In this document: piece by piece, positions 41,817 to 48,736 of the stretch | How positions within the stretch are numbered: position 1 is the stretch's first letter | Layout of the letters: every line of letters begins with the position of its first letter | NCBI GenBank assembly: GCA_036507075.1 | Contig: DASXQR010000216.1 | Span: forward strand, 1-48,736 | From: Acidobacteriota bacterium | GTDB taxonomy: Bacteria > Acidobacteriota > UBA6911 > JACQSX01 | DNA length: 48,736 nt | Reading direction: 5' to 3' | Made by a program: the position numbers and the translations under genes | Notes under the pieces: generated by a model | Told to the model about the DNA's origin: nothing | The model's input: only the letters and a program-made list of their open reading frames with translations | Database searches by the model: none

Positions 41817-43478
41817 TCACTCGGACTTTAGACTCTCGACTCTTAGCGATGCAGCCTCCACCGAAAGCGTGCTTGTCAACTTCGCATCCCGATAATTCTT
41901 GGCCGCTCCAATAAAGCTGGCAAACAGTGGGTGCGGGCTGAGAGGCTGGGATTTGAATTCGGGATGAAACTGACAGCCGAGAAACCATGGATGATCTTCC
42001 AATTCAACAATTTCCACAAAGTTCCGATCCGGAGAATTCCCGCTTATCCTGAGGCCGTAAGAAACCATCAGTTCTTCGTACTCACGATTGAATTCATAGC
42101 GGTGGCGATGGCGCTCGGAGATTTCCTTCTCCCTGTAAATGCGGGCTGCCAGCGAGCCTTCTTCCAGGATGCAGGGATAGGCTCCCAGCCTCATGGTGCC
42201 CCCCATTTCTTCAATGCCAAGAAGCTCCCGCAGCTTGTAGATCACCCGGTGCGGCGTGGCCGGATCAAATTCCGAACTGTTCGCATCCAGCCCGCACACG
42301 TTGCGTGCAAATTCGATTACCGCGGTTTGCATGCCCAGGCAAATTCCAAAATACGGAACTTTGTTCTCGCGGGCGTACTGAATGACCCGAATCATGCCTT
42401 CGATTCCACGTTTTCCGAAACCTCCCGGGACCAGAACGCAATCCATCTCGCGTGTGAGTTTTTCCGGTAGTTCTTCGCCCACGATGCTCTCCGACTCGAT
42501 CCAATGGACATCCACCCGCACGTCATTTGCCAGCCCACCGTGCACCAGGGCCTCATTCAGACTCTTGTAAGAGTCTTCATACTCAACATATTTCCCCACC
42601 ACACCGACTGAAATGACACCCTCCGGATGGTGAATCTTGTGCACCAAGTCGCGCCAGGGTTGCAGATTGGGCTCCACGGCGGGAAGATTCAGATTCTTGA
42701 CAATGATTTGATCCAGACCTTCCTGGCTGTAAACGAGTGGGACGTCGTAAATCGAACTGATGTCCTTGGCGGTGATTACGGCGTCCACCGGGACGTTGCA
42801 GAACAGCGCGATTTTTTCTTTCAGATCGCGTGACAGATACCGGTCCGTACGGCACAGCAGGATGTCTGGCTGAATACCGATCTCTCGCAGTTCCTTGACG
42901 CTGTGCTGTGTCGGTTTGGTCTTCAACTCACGTGCGGTTCCGATATATGGCACGAGGGTGAGGTGCACAAACAGCGTTTCCTCCCTGCCAAGTTCGTGCC
43001 TCATCTGGCGGATGGCCTCCAGGAACGGCAAGCTTTCAATGTCTCCCACCGTTCCGCCCACCTCGACGATGGCGACATCCACCCCTTCGGCAACGCGCTT
43101 GATGGTACTTTTGATTTCGTTGGTAATGTGAGGGATAACCTGCACGGTCTTCCCAAGGAATTCGCCCTTTCGCTCCTTGTTGATGACGGTCTGGTAGATC
43201 TTTCCGGTAGTGGAGTTGTTGTCACGAGTCAGGTGGGCGTTGGTGAAGCGCTCATAATGGCCAAGATCCAGATCGGTCTCAGCTCCGTCGTCCGTGACGA
43301 AGACTTCTCCATGCTGGAACGGGCTCATCGTTCCGGGATCCACGTTGATATAGGGATCCAGCTTCAGCAGGCTAACCTTGAAGCCGCGCGCTTCCAGCAG
43401 GCATCCGATGGAAGCCGAAGCCAGGCCTTTCCCCAGCGACGAAAGAACACCTCCGGTCGTGAAAATAAACTTTGCCAT
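41817..43478 (-). CDS. pyrG: CTP synthase
   Basis: [52 protein letters not shown]. Confidence 0.98.
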   Translation of the reverse strand: MAKFIFTTGGVLSSLGKGLASASIGCLLEARGFKVSLLKLDPYINVDPGTMSPFQHGEVFVTDDGAETDLDLGHYERFTNAHLTRDNNSTTGKIYQTVINKERKGEFLGKTVQVIPHITNEIKSTIKRVAEGVDVAIVEVGGTVGDIESLPFLEAIRQMRHELGREETLFVHLTLVPYIGTARELKTKPTQHSVKELREIGIQPDILLCRTDRYLSRDLKEKIALFCNVPVDAVITAKDISSIYDVPLVYSQEGLDQIIVKNLNLPAVEPNLQPWRDLVHKIHHPEGVISVGVVGKYVEYEDSYKSLNEALVHGGLANDVRVDVHWIESESIVGEELPEKLTREMDCVLVPGGFGKRGIEGMIRVIQYARENKVPYFGICLGMQTAVIEFARNVCGLDANSSEFDPATPHRVIYKLRELLGIEEMGGTMRLGAYPCILEEGSLAARIYREKEISERHRHRYEFNREYEELMVSYGLRISGNSPDRNFVEIVELEDHPWFLGCQFHPEFKSQPLSPHPLFASFIGAAKNYRDAKLTSTLSVEAASLRVESLKSE

Positions 43479-43577
43479 TATCCCTCCCAAGCTATAGGTA
43501 TTCTAGTTAAGAGCCTTCACCACAAAGTTGGCAACTTCTCGCTTTTTTTAACAAAGTTTTGTCTGGCGCCTGCATTT

Positions 43578-43673
43578 CTTCACCGCAGAGGCGCAGAGGA
43601 CGCAGAGAATGCGCAGAGTTTCGTTTGCATGTCTCTGCGCGACCTCTGTGTTCTCTGCGCCTCTGCGGTGAAG
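43578..43673. repeat. CGCAGAG-unit inverted-repeat element (family F)
   Basis: cttcaccgcagaggcgcagaggacgcagag ... ctctgtgttctctgcgcctctgcggtgaag. Confidence 0.92.
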
Positions 43674-43714
43674 GAATGTGACTTTCCACATCAGCATATG
43701 ACGATCAGGCACAT

Positions 43715-44455
43715 TCAGACTTTCGACCCAATTTTCAAGCGCTCTTCGAAAAGCCGGCGCACCGTTTCCAGGTCCTCAGCCGTATCCACGCCAATCGAGT
43801 CGTGCTGCACTTCTACCATTTGAATCGGAATTCCGCTCTCCAGAAAACGAAGCTGCTCCAGTTTTTCGGCCTGCTCCAGACCGCTCTGCGGCAAAGAGCT
43901 CAGCTGCAGCAAAAATTGGCGCGTGTAGCCGTAAATCCCAAGATGCTTGTAATAAGGACCGCGGTCTTTATCGCGGTAGTGCGGAATGGGCGATCTTGAA
44001 AAATAAAGAGCCTTGCCGGTTCGATCCACTGTCACTTTGACGACGGCCGGATTCTGATAAGCCTCCGCATTGTCCATCCGGACCATAGCAGAGGCCACCG
44101 GCGCGTTACTGCGCTCGAGCGTATCAGCCACCTGACGGACTACAGAGCCGTCCATCAGCGGCTCATCACCCTGGATATTCAAAAAAAAACGCGCCTGAAT
44201 TCGGCGCGCTACTTCAGCTACGCGCTCAGTGCCTGAATTATGGTCGGCGCTGGTGAGAATTGCTTCCCCTTTGAATTTACGCACCGCGTTGAAGATTTCA
44301 GAATGATCGGTGGCAACGTACAAGGCGTCCAGGCCGGCATGGAGGGCCTGCTGGTACACCCAGTAGATCATCGGCCTTTCGCCGATCGACAGCAGCGCTT
44401 TTTTGGGGAGCCTTTGTGAATGGTAGCGAGCCGGGATGACGCCAACACAATTCAT
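43715..44455 (-). CDS. kdsB: 3-deoxy-manno-octulosonate cytidylyltransferase
   Basis: IPARYHSQRLP, SGTER, NIQGDEP, ALYFSRSPIP, EKLEQLR, GVDT. Confidence 0.96.
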   Translation of the reverse strand: MNCVGVIPARYHSQRLPKKALLSIGERPMIYWVYQQALHAGLDALYVATDHSEIFNAVRKFKGEAILTSADHNSGTERVAEVARRIQARFFLNIQGDEPLMDGSVVRQVADTLERSNAPVASAMVRMDNAEAYQNPAVVKVTVDRTGKALYFSRSPIPHYRDKDRGPYYKHLGIYGYTRQFLLQLSSLPQSGLEQAEKLEQLRFLESGIPIQMVEVQHDSIGVDTAEDLETVRRLFEERLKIGSKV

Positions 44456-44550
44456 CACGGAATTTCAGTATAGCGGATCGACTTTGCCAATTCCAAGAAT
44501 AAAGTGGCAAAAAGCCAAGCAAGATTCGTGATACTATCCGGCCAATTCGA

Positions 44551-45024
44551 ATGCGCCGAATTCATCTCCTTTGTTCAATCGGAGCCGGGCTCTGCTGTTT
44601 CGCCATCGTGATTCCGGCTGTTTTGCCCGCGGCAGACTGGTTTCGCGTGCTGTTTGCGCCCATCTGCCATCAAATTCCGGAGCGATCCCTGTGGGTGAAT
44701 GGCAGACCGCTGGCAGTATGCGTGCGGTGCAGCGGCTTTTATCTGGGCGCTCTGACGGGTTTGCTGGTTCACGCAATCCGGCAAATCCCTCTGCATCGCC
44801 CGATGCTGCGCTGGCTGCTTGTTTTGATCCTGTGCGACGCTATTAACGCTTCTATCGGCTTGATTCCTGAATCTGCGCTGTTTCGTTTCGCAAGCGCGCT
44901 TCTGTTTTCGATCGTACTGACGCCTTTCGCAGTCCGGGGCCTGGAGGAAGCGCTGTTGAATCTCCGCCCGGCCTCGGCGAATCCGGGCCTTTCTCCGTTC
45001 AATTTCACTCGAAAGGAGGTTTAG
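44551..45024 (+). CDS. DUF2085-like membrane protein
   Basis: CHQxPERS and VCxRCxGxYxG motifs with TM segments. Confidence 0.75.
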   Translation: MRRIHLLCSIGAGLCCFAIVIPAVLPAADWFRVLFAPICHQIPERSLWVNGRPLAVCVRCSGFYLGALTGLLVHAIRQIPLHRPMLRWLLVLILCDAINASIGLIPESALFRFASALLFSIVLTPFAVRGLEEALLNLRPASANPGLSPFNFTRKEV

Positions 45025-45029
45025 TTTTC

Positions 45030-45569
45030 ATGAGAGACAGAATGCTGACCCCTGCTGTTGTGGGTGGAATCGTCATCGCCGGCGGTTCTTCGATACCGTT
45101 TCTGAACTTTCTTAACTGCTTCTGCTGTGCGTGGGTGGTGCTCGGAGGGATGGTTGCGTCTTACATGTACATACGGGAATCTCCTCAGAGAGTTACGCTG
45201 GGCGACGGAGCGATACTGGGCGCCTATGCGGCCCTGGCAGGCAGCCTCTTTGGCACGCTGCTCTCGATTCCTTTCAAGCTGATGATGCCGGGAAAAGCCT
45301 CAATGATCCGGGATCGCCTGGAAAGCGTCAATATGCCTGAAGAAGTCCGTAGTTTTGTGCTGAAAATGATCGCCAGCGGCGGGCTGTCGGTCATCGGGCT
45401 TATCTTTCAGTTTTTCGCGTGGTTGATCATCGGCTTGATTTTTGCAACTCTGGGCGGGATCATCGGCGCGGCCGCATTTGAAAAACGCAAAAACGGCGGA
45501 ACATTACCCCCGCCGCCTCAACCGCCTTTCCCACCGGTGCCCCCGGTGGTGCCACCGCCTGGGCTGTAG
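45030..45569 (+). CDS. Hypothetical multi-pass membrane protein with Pro-rich tail
   Basis: Strong AAGGAGG RBS, about four hydrophobic segments, NCFCC motif, PPPPQPP tail. Confidence 0.75.
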   Translation: MRDRMLTPAVVGGIVIAGGSSIPFLNFLNCFCCAWVVLGGMVASYMYIRESPQRVTLGDGAILGAYAALAGSLFGTLLSIPFKLMMPGKASMIRDRLESVNMPEEVRSFVLKMIASGGLSVIGLIFQFFAWLIIGLIFATLGGIIGAAAFEKRKNGGTLPPPPQPPFPPVPPVVPPPGL

Positions 45570-45593
45570 GTCATTAATCATTGGATCATTTTC

Positions 45594-45728
45594 TGCCACG
45601 AAGACACGAAGGCACGAAGATGTAGCAATTCAATTGGAAGTGTCACTCCTGCATAAATGTAGGATTGGTATGTGGAGTGTCATTGCAGAATAAATCTTGA
45701 TCCTTCGTGCCTTCGTGTCATCGTGGCA
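45594..45728. repeat. CACGAAG-unit inverted-repeat element (family B, reverse orientation)
   Basis: The reverse complement of the interior aligns closely with the 26761 copy. Confidence 0.94.
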
Positions 45729-45739
45729 AGGAGACGATG

Positions 45740-46621
45740 TCAGGGTTTCCAACGGAAATAGGTTACCAGCGCTTCGGAGAGGCGAGCCAGCGCCAGAGTG
45801 GCCTCATTGTCGGGTGTCCATTTACGGTCTTCCGATTCCTGGGCAAACAGGCTGAGCACGAAGTCGCCCTCAGGAGTAAACACCAGCCCCACATCGTTCC
45901 GCACGCGGTCCAGGGCCCCCGTTTTGTGGGCGACGTCGACTTTGGCCCACTTCTCGCCAAAAAAATAGCGCGGTATCTGGTCGCGATCCCGCTGTTTTTT
46001 CAGGATGCCGATCATCGCTTCTGAACTGGGACTATCCACGACTTCTTTGCGATAAATCTTTTCCATCAGCAACGCCATGTCTTTTGCGGTGGTCGCTCCC
46101 AGGCCCCACTTCTTTTCTTCTTCCGGCAAAGACTCCGGCGGCGGCCGAAACACCTTCTTGTATAAGGTTGTGTCGGCCAGCCCCAACTGGCGCATGCGAT
46201 CATTGACGGCCTTCACGCCCACGCGGTCAATCAGCATGTTTGTTGCGGTGTTGTCGCTCAAAATGATCATCAGTACCACGGCGTCCCGGACCGTCAGATG
46301 CAGACCGGGACCGAGGTCCTGCAGCACTCCACTTCCCTGAGCCTTGTTCTCTTCGGTAGATGCGATCACATCCTGGAGCGTAAAGCGGCTCTCCCTGGCT
46401 TGCGCGAATACTTCAACCATAACGGGCACCTTGATCACGCTGGCCGTTTGAACCTTCTCTCCGGAGCGATACTCAATAACCTGCCCGGATTTCAGATTCT
46501 TGGCATAGAAGTACATTTTCCCGCGGAAGCCCTCGACAACCTTTTGCGCCGAGTCCGGTAAAACTGCAGCGTGTGCCGTGACAGGGCAGAAAAAAATAAG
46601 AATCAGGAGCAGTTTTTTCAT
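45740..46621 (-). CDS. Class A beta-lactamase-like serine hydrolase
   Basis: Signal peptide, SxxK (ASVIK), SDN and KTG motifs. Confidence 0.85.
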   Translation of the reverse strand: MKKLLLILIFFCPVTAHAAVLPDSAQKVVEGFRGKMYFYAKNLKSGQVIEYRSGEKVQTASVIKVPVMVEVFAQARESRFTLQDVIASTEENKAQGSGVLQDLGPGLHLTVRDAVVLMIILSDNTATNMLIDRVGVKAVNDRMRQLGLADTTLYKKVFRPPPESLPEEEKKWGLGATTAKDMALLMEKIYRKEVVDSPSSEAMIGILKKQRDRDQIPRYFFGEKWAKVDVAHKTGALDRVRNDVGLVFTPEGDFVLSLFAQESEDRKWTPDNEATLALARLSEALVTYFRWKP

Positions 46622-46708
46622 TGTTAAATCTTCGTAGCAACGATAACACACGCCTCGTTTGCCGAGACTGTCGAAAATCTTCTCTCGCGATGTTAACCTT
46701 CAAGAGCG

Positions 46709-46948
46709 ATGAGGCGCCGCTTTCGGATTAGAGACCACCTTTACGCCGCCGAAACGTTCCCCGCCGGCGGGGGCTTTGAAGTGAGAGTGTTCTGTCTCGA
46801 GCCACGCGACGGATATTTCCGGCGGGAAAGCGCTCACGCCCTGCTGCGGCTGAAGGGTAATGATGAAGCGGCTCTGCTGCAACAGGCCGTACATGAGACC
46901 GGTTTGCTGATAAAGCAACAGGAAGAGCCGGCAGATTCGGAGTCCTAG
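46709..46948 (+). CDS. Hypothetical protein (79 aa)
   Basis: ATG ORF filling the gap; apparent motif similarity to the next small ORF. Confidence 0.5.
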   Translation: MRRRFRIRDHLYAAETFPAGGGFEVRVFCLEPRDGYFRRESAHALLRLKGNDEAALLQQAVHETGLLIKQQEEPADSES

Positions 46949-46953
46949 GCAAT

Positions 46954-47213
46954 GGGTTGTCGGGTTACGGGTTGTCGGGTTGACGAGTTGCGGGTTGACG
47001 AGTTGCGGGTTGTCGGGTTGACGAGTTGCGGGTTGTCGGGTTACGGGTTGTCGAGTTACGGGTTAGCAAGTTAGAAAATCCAAAATTGAAAATTCACCGA
47101 CGTGCAAATTCCAGCCCGAAACCCGGAACTCGAAACCCGGTAACCCCCAACCGGTAACCCGAAACCCGGAACTCGAAACCCGGGAACCCGGTAACCCGAA
47201 AACTCGAAACCCC
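46954..47213. repeat. CGGGTT(G/A)-heptamer inverted-repeat element (family I)
   Basis: About 110 nt of cgggttg/cgagttg units, a 50-nt spacer, then about 100 nt of aacccg/aactcg units. Confidence 0.92.
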
Positions 47214-47245
47214 TAACTTGTCTTCAACGGGAGGAGTTTCCGCCG

Positions 47246-47503
47246 ATGTCACAGGTGAAGAGATTCAAAATGAAAACAGCCATGAAGGACGAGATCCGTG
47301 AGGTAGAAATCCGAGCTCGCCCGGTCAACGGCGGATGGGAAGCGCAGATGTACATGCTGCCCCGGCCCAGGTCTGACCCAATTCTGACGCATGAGGAAAA
47401 ACTGGGGACCGCAGTCCGCTTCAACGTCGCTTCAGAGCAGGAGGCCTTGAACGGGATGCTCGATCATGTAAAAAAGTACCTGAAACTGAGCATAATCGAA
47501 TAA
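47246..47503 (+). CDS. Hypothetical protein (85 aa)
   Basis: GGGAGGAG RBS 9 nt before ATG; plausible codon usage. Confidence 0.7.
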   Translation: MSQVKRFKMKTAMKDEIREVEIRARPVNGGWEAQMYMLPRPRSDPILTHEEKLGTAVRFNVASEQEALNGMLDHVKKYLKLSIIE

Positions 47504-47525
47504 ATTCGCAAAATCAGGTTTGCTT

Positions 47526-47646
47526 GTTTCGAGTTACGGGTTTTAAGTTTTCGAATGTCCTGCAGGTAATTCCGCAGATCCGAGCTTCAACAACCCGCAA
47601 CTCGGAACCCGAAACTCGCAAACCGGTTTTCGCGTTTTCGCGCTTC
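47526..47646. repeat. Family I heptamer inverted repeat plus a family E arm
   Basis: gtttcgagttacgggtt ... aacccgcaactcggaacccgaaactcgcaaac, then ttttcgcgttttcgcgcttc. Confidence 0.8.
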
Positions 47647-47653
47647 GGACTTT

Positions 47654-48370
47654 TTACGAAATTTTCCGAGGAACATTTCGCTGCAGCGCGTTCACAAACG
47701 GCATGACTGCCGGTTGCGCCTTTACTTTCCCATCCAGGATGTCCCGGCCGGTGACATTTTTGCCGTACACATTGTGATTGGCGCTGTCATCGATGCTCAG
47801 ACCCGCCCCGTCCAGGGAAACACCGGCAAACAAGCCCTTGGTTCTTGAATAGGAATAAATCGGCGATTTCAGGCTGCCGGAAACACCCGCTTCCGCCGAG
47901 CGACCCACCGGCCCGGCCGCGACTGCCGCATCTGCTCCCAGCTTAAGTCTGTCACCCATCAGGTGCTTCAGGGCGCTCGATTCCGTAAATACCAGAATCA
48001 GGTCGGTTGCCGTCACGCCCAACTGGAATCCAACACTGGCGCCGCCGATCTCGACATAGGAAGGAGTTCCCCACGTGCCATTGGCATTTCGTTTTGCAAT
48101 CAGGCCTTTCCCCCAGCGGCCACCTATTCCAAACGCTCCTTTGACAACATGGGGAATTACCGCGATCGCCTGTGCCCGATCCAGAATCTCTTTGGGTATC
48201 CCTCTGTCGGGAGTGCGCATAACATCGGACAGCACTTCGGCTGCCTTTTGAGCCCGCTCGGTGTCATCTTTCAAGTCCGCTCTCAGCGTGCCCGCTGATA
48301 CGCCCGCACACAGAAGCAGGGAAAGTGAAAGTCTGCCAAAAACTCGAGATGCTTTGAATTTGCCTAACAT
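47654..48370 (-). CDS. Lipid-binding SYLF (YSC84-like) domain protein
   Basis: Signal peptide, GGRWGKG, GFQLGV, AAGPVGR, YSYSRTKGLFAGVSLDG. GGAGG RBS before ATG at 48370. Confidence 0.9.
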   Translation of the reverse strand: MLGKFKASRVFGRLSLSLLLCAGVSAGTLRADLKDDTERAQKAAEVLSDVMRTPDRGIPKEILDRAQAIAVIPHVVKGAFGIGGRWGKGLIAKRNANGTWGTPSYVEIGGASVGFQLGVTATDLILVFTESSALKHLMGDRLKLGADAAVAAGPVGRSAEAGVSGSLKSPIYSYSRTKGLFAGVSLDGAGLSIDDSANHNVYGKNVTGRDILDGKVKAQPAVMPFVNALQRNVPRKIS

Positions 48371-48429
48371 GGTTGCCTCCAGTCGTATCTCTATTGTAGA
48401 AGCAATGGCAAGGAAAGGCGAAGAGCGGC

Positions 48430-48601
48430 ATTGGTAATCGGTCATTGGTCCGTGGTCCGTGGTCCCGTGGTCATGCAGTATGAAAGTTCAGGAGCTTGGT
48501 GTCCTTGTACCTGAACCACCAAGGTACCAAGCCAGGCTCCATTCTTGTTTTTTGGCGAGATTCTTTAACTAATGACCAATGACTCATGACTAATAACCAA
48601 T
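48430..48601. repeat. TGGTCA(T)-type heptamer inverted repeat (family J) with nested CACCAAG remnants
   Basis: attggtaatcggtcattggtccgtggtcc ... aatgaccaatgactcatgactaataaccaat; inner cttggtgtc...aaccaccaaggtaccaag. Confidence 0.75.
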
Positions 48602-48625
48602 AAGGGTATTTACTTGACTCCACCT

Positions 48626-48641
48626 ACCACAACATATAGTT
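48626..48641 (+). promoter_or_regulatory. Probable NrdR box near a promoter
   Basis: accacaacatatagtt resembles the NrdR consensus acaCwAtATaTwGtg and follows TTGACT. Confidence 0.55.
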
Positions 48642-48736
48642 ATTTTGCCCGTGCGCGAAGATTACCCCCGGACGCTCCCAGAGTTGGAGGCTCGGTTCAG
48701 CACAGAAGCCGCATGCTTGGCGTATCTGTCTGCACT

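Noticed and set aside
45740..46621. Acquired antibiotic-resistance beta-lactamase
   Set aside because: There is no mobile context and the canonical omega-loop ExxLN motif is not evident, so it is best treated as a beta-lactamase-like hydrolase.

Overview
This is a GC-rich bacterial core-genome segment, probably Acidobacteriota (inferred from gene content and order, not proven). It holds about 42 CDS, mostly housekeeping, plus a tRNA-Gly(CCC). The housekeeping genes are the lptF/G 3' end, metK-ahcY, xerD, murJ, corA, lpxD, ino1, glyQS, recO, psd-pssA, ddl, phoH, rpsT, holA, lptE, leuS, dcd, HU/IHF, nfo, mpg, a UbiD-family decarboxylase, kdsABCD, pyrG, a class A beta-lactamase-like hydrolase and a SYLF protein. 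Two things stand out. (1) Downstream of metK-ahcY is an operon of a rhomboid protease, four radical SAM enzymes (alternating Twitch/SPASM and cobalamin-binding) and a GT-C glycosyltransferase. (2) Most intergenic gaps hold a short inverted-repeat element, about 30 in all. Most have arms built from tandem 7-9 nt units in several related sequence variants, usually matched between left and right arm. Some families also have homologous interiors, some are nested or inside-out, most start within about 20 nt of a stop codon, and one arm encodes the LptE signal peptide. No CRISPR array, transposase or prophage is visible. All protein calls come from motif recognition by eye, not database searches.
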